The notes beneath the pieces were generated by a model. That model had not been told where the DNA came from. It saw only the letters and a list, made by a program, of their open reading frames with translations, and ran no database searches. A program made the position numbers and the translations under genes. Positions 49,201 to 61,487 of a DNA stretch of 64,000 bases are shown here, piece after piece. The stretch is from Yuukianura sp. NJ FZ-2021. Its lineage: Eukaryota. Position 1 is the stretch's first letter. The number at the start of each line of letters is the position of its first letter. The stretch spans positions 2,170,001 through 2,234,000 of the forward strand of contig CM102289.1 of the NCBI GenBank assembly GCA_046563655.1. The letters run 5' to 3'.

Positions 49201-49964
49201 AAGGAATTTTTACCATCCAAGATGCAACCACCGGCAAGTACGTGGGAATTTCAAACGGAAAATTGAGGGCCTATCTTGGGTCAAATCTCCTAGCAACCAA
49301 GTTCGAATTGGTATATATTCCTGGCGGAGGCGCAATTAAGTCGACCATAAACAATCTGTACGTGAACGCTGACCCAGCTGGAGTATCCGGGTTATCACCG
49401 AACCGACAAGTTCCACTGGCGCATGAAACGTTCCGTTGGACGATGGTTACCGGTGGATACCAATTGAAATCAATGGCCAGCAGCCTTATGGTCTACTCGG
49501 GTCCGAATGGAGAACTTTGGAACAATGCAACTACAGCTAGAACGTACCGCCTCACAGCAACAACACTAACTAAACCAACTGTACCGGCACAAGGAAAGTT
49601 ACAGAGCGTCCAATCCACTAAATTCGTTGTAGCGACAGCCCAAAATACAACACTTCAAGCTATTGGAGCAACTAGCAGTGCTGGAACAACATTTCGGTTT
49701 GAGCAAGTGGCTGATACAGATTCATATTCAATCTGGAGTACTGTTACTGGATTGGCGGTTACCGCGGATCCAAATGGAAATACTCCTTTGAGAGCAACCA
49801 AACCTGTTGCCAGCTCGTGGGAACGCTTCAGAATTGTTGCAGACAATGGGCAATTCATTTTCATTAGTGAGTCATCTGGACTAGCGGTAACAGTCAGATC
49901 AGATGGAATACTTTTGAACAATGATTCTACAACGGGCAATGCAGCACGTTGGAACATCGTTTGA
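46250..49964 (+). CDS. Secreted GH81 endo-beta-1,3-glucanase with C-terminal fascin-like beta-trefoil repeats, copy 1 (9 exons)
   Basis: Signal MSPLLVLFCLPALLLQSTSG; motifs [60 protein letters not shown]; tail repeats with HETF/WERF. Exons 46250-46313, 46459-46581, 46664-46700, 46769-47106, 47209-47512, 47657-48071, 48189-48298, 48419-48945, 49033-49964. AATAAA near 50010. Confidence 0.92.
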
Positions 49965-50335
49965 TTTTGGTTATTCCAAATTTCAAATTTGAAAATTTTA
50001 AAAACTTGAAATAAAACAAAACAAAAAGGTTAAAAGACTTTGGCTATTTACTATTGCCTTGAGTTTGCATATTTCTTCGGATGTTGAGGTGAACTGCAAT
50101 GTAAGAGGAATACTGCGGCATTCAAATTTTCTTTCCAAAAAACCAACTAAATCTTAAAAGAATTTGAAATGCGATATATGTAGGAAATGTATACAAAATT
50201 GAAATTAGGTATGAACAATTTAGACATTGAACCCTATTCTTGGAAGTTTACATAAAAAACAGTCAGAGCAAATATCGTCTCAGAATTCAAAAATTAAAGT
50301 AGAGATGTAGCATGCAGGCAACTAATTTTTCTTGG

Positions 50336-51090
50336 CGACCATTGGCAAATTTCTAAACTGCAGCAAAATAAAAAATAACAATCATTTTTTGGACCTGTCT
50401 TAGTTTTTGAGCAAAGGATAAAACCGATAATTGTCTTTCAAACGTTCCTTTCACCCCTAATTTTTTAACTAAACTAGTTTTTTTTTCATCTGGAAGGGCA
50501 TAAGCTTTGTAGATCGGCTGAAGTCTGAAGTAGTGACGTAAACCTCAAAAAACTCAAAAGTTTAAAATTTTTGAAATTCAAGCATTCTGGTGGCTTCAAA
50601 AACGGAGAAAGCTTATTATTTATTACTTATTACTTATTTTGACTGACAAAATACTATGAATTCTATATGTTCAAACCAGACTCTCGAATCACAAACGCTT
50701 TTGGCTTTTGTAAAAATACACAAAATAAGTATTTTTCTTTAGATGTTTTTTTAACTTATAAACCCACTTTAGTTGAACGTATGTTAAAAAAAAGTAAAAG
50801 CAGAAATTCATGTAATCGAAATCGAATGCAAGCTTACAATCGTTTTGTCGTTGCGAGAACTTTGTTTTTGTTAAACTTTACCGAAATAAGTTGTGGCAAC
50901 AATTCAAATTATTGTTCACACTAAATCTGAATTTGAATCTAAGGTCACAAACATTTTTATTCTGAGATAACAGTAATATTGACGTTTGTATTTGAATTTA
51001 AGCATTGATTGCATCAAATACAAAGTTTTACCAAATGCCAACGCCTTGCAAGCCACTAAAAATGTCATCGCATTCCAATAGCAACCGAGT
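50336..51090 (-). pseudogene. Mosaic of decayed receptor-array remnants
   Basis: 50336-50600 resembles 766-990, 50640-50720 resembles 35895-35970, and 50915-51085 resembles 36030-36200. Confidence 0.6.
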
Positions 51091-51836
51091 GAAATGCTAT
51101 AGGAGAACTAAATCTGATTTAACACAATCAAAATTCACAAAACCAACTGTATTCATTTAACCTGTGCAGAATTAAAACAGTTTGAAAGCGACATTGTAAA
51201 CAACGCTGTAGTCAAAATAGTTAAAAGTTTTTGAATATAGTTTTAATTAAAATTTAAATATTTTTTTTTAATTTAGTGTATCACAGGCATGGCACAAAGG
51301 GCTTAGGCTGAGTTTCTACATTTCAGTTCCATCAGTTAATCTCTATTGTTGAAATTACTAAATTCAAAGTACTAATTACTACTACAGAGCAGCTAAACGA
51401 CGAATATGACTGTAATTCTTCACTATTTTCATTATACGAAACTTGACAGAAATTGTAAAAATGACTTTCGGTTTTGCGCTGATGTATTTTCTATTTAATT
51501 TTGTGAGACGGAACTAAATAGACGCGTCAAAACTCTGCATTCGACTAATTTCCACGTTAAAACCACAATGTTTCCTGGATTTTGTTGACATTTGACCTTC
51601 CTTGCGTTAGTCATTGAGCGTAGTTAACATTAACCTTTGCTTGCGTTAGGCTTTAAAGGCTACAGGTGTTATACGCAGAAAACTAAAACGATGGCACTAA
51701 ATTATGAAACTGCTATTCAACTGTCACCGGAACAGCAAGGTAACTGAATAAAACATACATTGTTAATTGATCAATTGTCAGTCATAGTTCCATTTATTAA
51801 TCCAAGCATGGTGACATTCACATTGCTAATTTTGGC

Positions 51837-51844
51837 TATAAATA
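51837..51844 (+). promoter_or_regulatory. TATA box of GH81 copy 2
   Basis: TATAAATA at the position homologous to copy 1. Confidence 0.6.
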
Positions 51845-52007
51845 CTGTGCGCATTGATCCATGTAATATCCAAGTCTTCATTTATACTTTCAACGTTAAT
51901 CTAAACCTTCACTTAAATATTAATTAAACCGTTTAACTAAATATTAATTTGATTAGATTAATTAGATTTGATATTAATCTAATTGAAAGTTTCATCCAAA
52001 GGTCATC

Positions 52008-55000
52008 ATGTCACAATGGCTGATGATCTTCTGCTTTCCAGCACTCGTGATGCAATGTACCCACGGGCACCGTAAGACATTTTGTTCTGCATTAGTAGTT
52101 TAGGTTAACTTACTTGTACTTAATTTTTAATTAAATTAAATTAATTTACATAATATTTTAATTAATTTTAACTGAAACTGCGATATATTTGCATTTAGGT
52201 GGTCCAAGTCAAATACCCATATCGGTCACACCCCCTAACTTTCCTGGAGGTTTCTCTTCTGTAAATGCCACTGCCATTCCAGGACCATTTCTGAGGGACT
52301 TTCAACCTCCTCTGCCAACTGATTCTTGTAAAAAAATTATTTTTAAACATTTACATGTTAACTTTAAGTTTTAACGGTAAGTTAACTGTATTTTTTGATG
52401 TTCAGGGTGGGCTGGATTTACTGTCTTCGATAATCAAAGAAAGTGAGTTTCCAAATTCACTGATTGATTATTGCTTTGATTTTGAAATTATTGTTATACT
52501 GCGTGTTATTAATAGTGTTGCTGCTGGACCATTTCCATTTCAATCGAAAACAGCGAACGATGGATTTGAATTTGGAATTGGAACTGCCCGAAGCTCGGAT
52601 GGAAGTGAACTTACAGTTCCAACAAAACTGGATTTGTCCATTAGGATTGCAAATCTCCCTGTAGCACTTGACAACCGAAAGGCTACTGCGTGGGACACGC
52701 AGACTCTGAGTCTGCGCTACATGGCAAGTGATGGGTCTACAATGGACACGACACTGGTCCCGGGTTCTCCCTACATGACATTCAGATTCACCAACGCCAA
52801 GCCCATCATTAGAAGCATCAGCGGAAACATAGGATTCCAGTGGATCACTCAGGGTAACCAAAAAATTATTCTACTAACTAAAACTTCTAAACTAACTTCA
52901 AGCTAAATTTGCATATTAAGTTAATATAGTTAATGGTTGAACTTTATGTTTACAGGGCAGAAGGGACGTTTGACTTGCGGCGGTGGAACGTATGTGCTTT
53001 ACGTGACCAGTGGACCACTGAACCAGTTCAACGTAAATACTAACACACTAACGTTCACTACTACGTTCACCGGTTCAATTCGATTGGCCAAAGTAGTTGA
53101 TCCGCAACAAGAGACAATCCTTGATACTTACGCTTCAACGTATGCAACTGGACTGACAATGGCCTATGACGCACAAGGTGACATTGGAACAACTACTTGG
53201 ACGTGGGATGTTGTTGGAGATCCAACAAAACTTCTCATCATGTGCTGGCCTCATCATAGGTAATACACAATACAATCATTAGCAATCAATCACTATGACT
53301 TATACAAACTTAAATTTCAATGTAATGGCATGCAGAAAGTAGAATTCCAATGTTCAAATTTTTACCAAACTTTTAATATTTTAGAAAAGTTCTCGTTTCT
53401 CCAACATACGTTAACATTGAATACTTGAACGTAAAGGGCCGTATGAAGGGTGTTGTAGGGAATCAGTGGATCCAGAAATTCAATTTGCCGCCAATCAGAT
53501 GGAATGCGACTCTTCCACCACACCAGTCATGCGTCTCTCAGCTAATGAAAACGCTTGAGTTTGAAGTCACATATCGCGTTAACGTACGCATTCCAGGTGA
53601 AGTTTACCGCTGGGGAAGTAGAACTGCTGCTGGAGCAACATTAGCTATTATTGCAGATACGTTAGGTCGAACAGACCTGAGAGACAAGGTGTTGAGCATC
53701 ACCAAACAAGCTATGGAATATTTTTTTACACCGGGCAAACCAATAGCGTTGGCTTATGAAACAAAATGGGGAGGAGTATCAGATCCTAAAGATGACAGCT
53801 TCGTAAGAATCCAAAAATTGAATTTCAATTTTTATTTATAATAATATTTTTACTAATTTACTAATTTTTTTTAAACATGTATATTTAAATAATTTTTAAA
53901 GAAACATTACAACGACCATCATTTCCTCTATGGCTACTTCTTGCACATTGCCGCCATTATTGCGAAATACGACCCCGCTTGGCTGTCTCAACATCTTGAT
54001 TTTCTTAACCAGTAAGTAACACAATTTTAAATTTTAACTTGTATACATAAATTTTTTTTAGGTATTTACGTTTAGTTGTATCAGATTAACTACCAATTAC
54101 ATTCAATTAAAATCCGTCAAGATTTTATTTATTAAATTAGCATTTATTAAATTTGATTGAAACAGTATTGCGCGAGACATTGGCAATCCATGTCCAGAGG
54201 ACAAGCATTACACCGTTTTCCGACACATTGACTTTTTTACTGGACATTCTTGGGCCAGTGGACTTCAGGGTGGAGCTGGAAACCGAAATCAAGAAAGCAG
54301 TTCTGAAGCCATCAATGCTTACTACGGACTCCTTCTGTTTGCTGATGTCAGTGGAAACACTGAATTGGTCAAATGGGCTCGTCTACTTTTAGCATTTGAA
54401 ATCATAGGAGCCCAAACCTACTGGCACTTGTACCCGAAAGCTGCAAATCCAGATGAACCTTATCCAGAACAAAATTTCCGAGACTTGGTGACTGTTGCCA
54501 ACATTTACCCAGATGGAGCCAGTCGATTTCTGCACTGGGGAACACACAAGAAAATTCAAGTGGCGGCAATTCAAATTGCACCGTTGACTCCCATGGGTGA
54601 ACTGACTTATGACAAGCCTTGGGCCGAACAAGTTGTACCATTTTGCTCTAATGAACTTAACAACGCTTCTGAATCCGATGAGTGGAAAACATGTAAGTTT
54701 GATCAAAATTTGTCAAATCACGGAAATTTGTTGCCATTTTATTTATATTTAGCAACGTTGCTATTTTTTATAGACGTTTACGCCGCTTATGCCAAATACA
54801 ATCCTCAACTGGCTTACAAATACTCGTCTGAATTGAAACTTTGGGGTGATGGTAACTCCGCTTCGAATCAACTCTACTTTATATCTACCAAACCATCGCC
54901 TAATGGAGCCAACATTTGTACCAACATTCTGCACACACCAGAAGGAATTTTTACCATCCAAGATGTAACTAGCGGCAAGTATGTTGGAATTTCAAACGGA

Positions 55001-55699
55001 AAATTGACAGCCAATGTCGTGTCGAATCTCATAGCAACCAAGTTCCAGTTTTCCTATATTCCTAACGGCGGCGTAATGAAATCTACTACAAATGGACTGT
55101 ATGTAGGTGCTAACCCAGAAGGTACAAACGGATTAGTTCCGAATAAACAACTTGCAGATTTGTGGGAAACGTTTCGTTGGACTGCTGTTACCGGTGGATA
55201 CCAATTGAAAGCAATGGCAAACATGGGTATGGTGTACACTGCATCTGGTGGAGAACTATCAAATACAGCAACTACGCCTGGAAAGTACCGTTTGACGGCT
55301 ACAACCTTTACAAAACTACCGGCACAAGGAAAGTTACAAAGCGTTCAATCAAATATGTTTGTGGTAGCAACAACCTCAAATTTACCACTGATGGCTGTTG
55401 GATTAATGGCTCAAGCTGGAACGACATTTCGATTTCAGCAAGTAGGTGACACAGAGTCTTATTCAATTTGGAATACCGCAACTGGATTGGCTGTATCGGG
55501 AGATCCATCGGGCACGGTCACTTTAAAAGCAAACAAACCTGTTGCCTATGGATGGGAACGTTTCCGGGCAGTGTCGGTCAATGGCCAGTATATTTTGGTT
55601 AGTGAAGCAAGTGGGTTGGCTGTGAATGTGAGACCAGATGGAACACTTTTAAACAACGATGCAACCGCGGGAAATGTAGCACGCTGGAGAATCGTTTAA
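52008..55699 (+). CDS. Secreted GH81 endo-beta-1,3-glucanase with fascin-like repeats, copy 2 (9 exons)
   Basis: Signal [20 protein letters not shown]; same intron positions as copy 1; [10 protein letters not shown] and [12 protein letters not shown] intact; AATAAA at 55741. Confidence 0.92.
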
Positions 55700-56524
55700 C
55701 CTGGTTTTTAAATTTGGAGTTCTAAATTTTAAAACCTTGAAATAAAAATGTTTAGAAATATTGAGAAAATTTTTGGTTCTCGTTACTTTCTTTTCGTATA
55801 CGCAACAAGTCTTCTTTTTGCAAACTGATTTATTACCTTTAGCTTAGCTTTTTGATGGCAAGTTTTTTTATTTGAATTTCGAGCAATATGTAAGAGTTAA
55901 TTCAAACACGAAATTGCTTGGTTAGGTTGCGTTCTAAACCTTGTTCTAGAGTAGATAGAAGTTAAAATTGCTATACGAAATGGCGGGACAATTTGAACGT
56001 AACTTTGTAAAGTGGCATGGCAGTCGGGTGATGATAATTAAAGTACTGAAACCAGTAATGAGTGTTGTGATTTACAGAATCACAAAGTAGTCAACACTGC
56101 CAGCAACAGGTTGAACAGAATCTGATTCAAAAGTAAAGTATTCGCTGCACTCTCATCTCATGTTGATGTTATGCACTTCTGCTGTAACTGAGTTCCCATC
56201 CCAAGGTCAAATGATGTTTCCTAATACTCATATGATAAGTAAAGTTCCAAAATCCAAAGTGTTAGACTTTTTGCTCATGAAGTGACCACGATACTATTTA
56301 GTGCTATAGTCACTTGTGACTAGTCTAACATACGGATGAATTTTGACAAGTCATTTTCTATTTTAAATGACACTCACAGATAAGAGTACAATAAAACGGC
56401 AATGTACGAAACTTAACAGTTTGTTGGAACAGCAAAATCTTAGAAAACTCTGCATTTTCGAGAATTTGTGAATCATTTGTTTATTCTGCTTTCTACTTTG
56501 AATTTTAGTTTCCAAAAAGAACAA

Positions 56525-58526
56525 ATGGAGTCGGCGAAACAATGGGTACATGTTCAATTCAAATTAAATCGCTCAATTCATTTGTTTCTCAAAATTACGA
56601 CAAAAAATTAAAGAAAAAAAAAATGGTGATTTTTTTTTACAGATCGGCGTTCTTTTCACAATGTCACTTTACGTCCTCCCTCTACTAGTATCGACACCAC
56701 TTGTCCTAATTCTCTTGTTCAGTCCATTATGGTTTCTACCGGTGGCGTATTTCACATGGGCTTTTTATTTTGACAAAAATGCTTCAAAAACTGGAGGGCG
56801 AAGGTAAGCCACAATTTCTTTTCACAGGATTATGAAAAATTTAGTAGCAGGTCATTAGCACCAAAACTCTACGCGCGAAGTAGCCAAGTTGGCAACAATG
56901 CAACTAGGTGTCATTGGGCTTCAAGGTTAGGTTTAAGAAAGGTTTGGGTTATGTTTTTATGTGTATGGTTTAAGTTTATCTATCAGGTGGTGTTAGGTTT
57001 TTGAAGGGTGTGGATTGGGTATCATTGATGATACACTATGGGGCGGTTGAGCCTTAGATAAGGATAGGCGGACGGAATCGACTAATTATCATCCGGAGGC
57101 CCATCGAATATTAATGATGATACAGCTCCCAGTGTTGCCAAGTTGCTGAATTCGCCCTTATTGTTTTCGCACTAATGACTTGGAAAGAAAATTTTTCTAA
57201 GAACATTTTACTTTTAGCGAAAACAGTTTATTTTATTTCTATTTTAAAGGAGTAACTACTTTCGTCAACTCCCGGTGTTCAAATGGTACTGCGAGTACTT
57301 TCCGATCAAACTAGTTAAAACGGCTGAATTGGATCCATCAAAAAATTACATCATGGGCTATCATCCTCATGGCCAAATTAGTCTCGGTAAACTTCAGGGC
57401 TCATTTTTTCGATTAAAAAATCCATTAAATTCGTTTGTTTTTTCGGTAGGGTGCCTAGGAAATTTTGGTGGAGATGGAAATGAAATCAGCAACGTGTTCA
57501 AAGGACTGACAACAACTGTACTCACAATGGACTTTTTCTTTTGGTTTCCAATTGTCAGAGAAATGGCACTTGCTGGTGGTACGTTGTTGGAAATTTTATG
57601 TAATGTAAGAGTAACTTTGCAAATGGTAATGTATAGTCAGAATTATGAATTGAATTAAACGTGCAGAATATTTATGAAATTGTAACTTATAAAAATTTTG
57701 GTAAGGCTTGTGTAATGTGTCCAAGGAAAGCATTAACTACTTGATGGCAAAAGAATCCGGAGGAAATGCTGCAATACTGATTCCAGGAGGCGCAAGAGAA
57801 GGTTTGTGGCAAGTGTAAATTTGAGTGTCAAAATTTGAAAAAAAGTGAATTGAATTTTAAAATTTTTGGCTTGGAATAACATATTTTCATGTGTAAATCA
57901 TTATTTCAGTAATGTATGCTGAACCTGGAACTGACGTCATATACTTAAAAGACAGAAAAGGCTTTATCAAAGTCGCCATTCAAAACGGGTGAGTTATAAA
58001 AATTTTAATTTGAATTTCTCCTTAATTGCGATAATTCCTGATTGCAAAATTTTCAAGTTCTTCTCAATTTCTGATAATGAAAATTTCTTACAGCGCCTCA
58101 CTAGTGCCAATTTATAGCTTTGGAGAAACAGATCTCTACCGACAGCCAAGCAAATGGATTGTTAATATCCAAAAGTGGATATGGGATACGCTCCAATTTT
58201 TTCCGTTTATTTTGCTCGGAAGATGGAATTCCATCATGCCTCAAAAAGTACCGATCACTTCAGTTGGTGAGTCAAAATTAGTCATCATGAATTATGATTA
58301 GTAACAACTATTTAAGTTATATTTTTTATATTTTAAATATTAATAATATTATACTAACTTTTGATTTGTTTCAGTTGGGGCTCCAATTCCAGTGGAAAAG
58401 ACTCCTAATCCAACAAACGAGGAAGTTGATGCTGTTCATCAGAAATATATGGATGCACTTAAAATATTGTACTACGAACATCGTGAAAAGTACGGAAATC
58501 CAAAGTCCGAACTCATTATTACTTAA
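56525..58526 (+). CDS. DGAT2/MOGAT-family acyltransferase
   Basis: Motifs GGRR, YFPIKLVKTAELDPSKNYIMGYHPHG, IPGGARE, RKGFIKVA, ASLVPIYSFGETDLY and VGAPIPV, in about 8 exons. The first exon (MESAKQW) is tentative. Confidence 0.93.
56851..57179. mobile_element. Decayed MITE-like element in a DGAT2 intron
   Basis: Inverted ends gtcattag / ctaatgac and an inner ttggcaac / gttgccaa pair. Confidence 0.4.
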
Positions 58527-59029
58527 AATTTGTGCTAAAATTAGTTATAGATTCATTTTTAAAAAACGTGATTCATTTATTTTGATGATTTCAAACTGAG
58601 ATTCTTTTAATACTGTTCTGCTTTGTGCGTACTTTTAATTTAAAAATTTGAAAGTTTGCGCCGAATAATTTTATGCCGGCAACTACATACATGCTTAGTT
58701 TCATTGTTTTTTCATTTGAAAAGCAAAGTAAACATTTCCTTGGAAATTTAACCATTTTTTCCTTATTTTGTTCGATTCTTTCATCAATTTAGCGTTTGGA
58801 ATGACCACAAATACCGAGCAAATCCTGTTTCGGTTTTCAAAATAGAATATAAATGGTAACGGTTCGATGGAAAAACTTGTGTATAAGTTGGTGTATAAGT
58901 TGTGTATAAGTCAAATCACAAGAAGCACATTCATAAAACTGGTAAAATTAAATAGTTAGGATATAACCGTTTATTAGACTCCGTAAAACAAAATTTAAGA
59001 ATCAGATAATTTTTAGTTTTGGGCTAGAA

Positions 59030-59251
59030 ATGCGGATACTCTTGTGTTTTTTACTCTTGGTTGCCATGGCTGCCGTTTTGTTTGATTTCGCCGACGGTGG
59101 CAGCAGTATGAGCAAAACTGGGCGAATTGCATGGGCCGGCGCATCGAAAGGACGCAGTCGCGTTGGCCAAGACATTTTAAGGAATGCACAAGCCTCAAGG
59201 TCTACTACTACACGCAGACCATTTCCACGACCAAAAGCAAAAAGTGGCTGA
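59030..59251 (+). CDS. Small secreted cationic peptide (putative antimicrobial peptide)
   Basis: Signal peptide ending in ADG, then a 50-aa mature part with 12 K/R and 1 D, an RRPFPRP motif and a C-terminal Gly. AG lies just before the ATG and AATAAA near 59324. Confidence 0.62.
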   Translation: MRILLCFLLLVAMAAVLFDFADGGSSMSKTGRIAWAGASKGRSRVGQDILRNAQASRSTTTRRPFPRPKAKSG

Positions 59252-59854
59252 AATTTTAAAAACCTCGCGATTAAAAAAATTCTTGTTCAAATTCCTGCTC
59301 TTAATAATTCTCAAAATAATTGAAATAAAATTTGTAAAACTTTCACCTCTCGTCTAAAGCTAAATTCCTGAAAGCCGCTTTTTGTGTCGAATCGCATTGT
59401 GTGAAAAAATATAACAGCGTCGTGATTACAACAAGTTTTAAGCTCATGCTATTTCTATTTGAAACTGAGTTGTTAATACTTCAAATTTTATGGGTTCCAC
59501 AGGAAGTGAAATTTAATTTGTTTCTTGTTTTCCTGAACAAAAAAAAATTAAAACTAGTTTGATTGCTTTTCTAAAAATACAACTAAAGTCGTCTGCTTAA
59601 TTAGTTTCTGACCAAATACTTTTTTGAAGTTTGGTTCGCTAGATTTTGTTTATGGTTGGCTGAAAGTGACACGCCTGTGGAGATGGGCGTGTTTTGTGAC
59701 AGAAACGACCGTGTCGGAATCACAGCTATCCACTTTCACCTTTTGATTAAAACCAACCCAGGTCGAATTAACCAATTCCAGTCTAATTTTGGTCCTTGAA
59801 ACAACAAAACCATAAGTTAGGGTAAGCCAAGTCGAGCTAAACCATGCAACCTTT

Positions 59855-60703
59855 AATAAACCGGTTGTAAACCGCGCATAACGAAATAGCTCAAGCCAAT
59901 AGATGGTTTTCCCCCAGGCGGGAAATGTGGGGGGTGGGTACTCACTTTTTCTCCAGTACTCTTCCCCGTTTCCCCTACATTCCCCACCATTTTCCACACT
60001 CACACGCCTCCCCCCGGGGGAGTGCGGGTGGGTTCCCCCACTTTTTCGCTCCGCACCCCAGGGAGCGCGGGGGTGTGTTCCGCTACTTTTCCGCCCCCCC
60101 CCCGGGGGAGTGGGGTAAGTTCCCCCACTTTTCCGCCCCTCCCCGGGGGAGTGGGGGGTGCCCCCCACTTTTCCGCCCCCCCGGGGGAGTGGGGGTTCCC
60201 CCACTTTTAAGCCCCCCGGGGGAGTGGGGGGGGGTTCCCCCCACTTTTTCGACCCCCCCCCCCCCCGGGGAGTGGGGGTGGGTTCCCCCCACTTATCCAC
60301 CCCCAAAGGGGAAGTGGGGTGAGTTCCCGCATTCCACCACTCCCCAGTGTCAACTCGGCTAGCTTAGGGAATGCCATGGTCTTAGCATTGGATAGGCGGC
60401 TTCCCCTATCCAATGCACTGCGTGTTGGGAATGTTGACCTTTGATCCCGGTTTTGACCCCCTTGGAGGGGTCACAGACCCATGGTTCATATACCAAAGTT
60501 GCTCCCCTCACTGAGAGGAACAACTTTTGTTAGGGTCATTTTCCCGGTTTTATATTAAAAAGGTCAATGACCTTGACCTTTGACCCGGTAAAAGGTCACT
60601 GACCCGGGAAAAAAGATAAACTTGAACTGGCGGCCGGCATGGGATGTCGATTGGTGAAAACCCGGATCAAATCGGTCCAGTAGTTTCTGAGATCCATGAG
60701 CTG

Positions 60704-60751
<48 letters not shown>

Positions 60752-60788
60752 TGAATCAGATTATTAAATAGCTTTCGCTATTTAATAA
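59855..60788 (-). mobile_element. HINE/DINE-1-like (Helentron-associated) element carrying a G/C-rich tandem array
   Basis: Terminal 12-bp hairpin ttattaaatagc-tttc-gctatttaataa, about 11 GTCT units, an actactggaccgattt core, a distal aaatagc subterminal match, and a small stem-loop at 59862-59874. Confidence 0.65.
59925..60350. repeat. G/C-run tandem repeat (~35-40 bp unit)
   Basis: Recurring cccccgggggagtggggg...ttcccccacttttcc. Confidence 0.9.
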
Positions 60789-61487
60789 GCGAAAAGTTTC
60801 AACATTCAGACACAACAAAGCGCTTTGTAGCTTTTAGCACTTTCGTTTCTGGGTCAATGGACAATCAAAAGAAGTAGTGTATTGGTATTTTATTGACTTT
60901 GGAGATGCGGTCGACTGGCGCATTTCATTGATCCGTTGTATACTTTTCCTAGTTGTTCTTTGTGTATTATTCAAAACAGTTCCCATTTTCAGTTGTAAAC
61001 GGCTGTCCATCCAATCCAAACGCTTTTTAGTTCTTAGAAAGTTCCGTCTGGAAGGTCTCATAAAATATTTGTGCTAAAACTGCTTTAGAACGTTACCAGC
61101 ACTGCGATTCTAAAAAGTCTATGGACTTGCTTTCGATTTTTGAAAATTTTGAACAAAATTTTGTAGTTTCTTGATTAACTCGAAGGGTCAATGACATTTT
61201 GTAACCAAAAAGAAATTGCAGTCTTTCCTGAAAATTATTGCGGGTGAAAGTGAAATTTTTCTTGTTTTTTTTGTTATTTATTGAACTGCTTCAAAATTTG
61301 GGTTTAGCACGAGGCGAGCCGTCTGCTGGTGCTTTTGTCACGCAAAACGTTAATTCTGTGGACTTTTGTTTGTTTTGGAATTTTCTGTCCATTCCCAAGG
61401 ATTTGCATTGATATTTTGAAGCCTCGTGTCTAAGTGGCAGAAGAAAGCAGTTTTTTGTGTATGCAATTTCCTTGGAACTACTAGACT

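Noticed and set aside
54693..54773. Hydrophobic segment [27 protein letters not shown] in the 444-aa ORF read as a TM helix
   Set aside because: It is an 81-nt in-frame GT-AG intron at the same position as intron 8 of copy 1.
46250..55699. Microbial contamination as the source of the GH81 genes
   Set aside because: The genes have AT-rich spliceosomal introns like their neighbours, and host-derived remnants lie between the two copies.
59650..60413. Gly/Pro-rich ORFs of 62-218 aa on both strands
   Set aside because: They are by-products of the stop-poor G/C tandem repeat.
60834..61061. 75-aa basic minus-strand ORF
   Set aside because: It could be a terminal exon, but no upstream exon or domain supports it.
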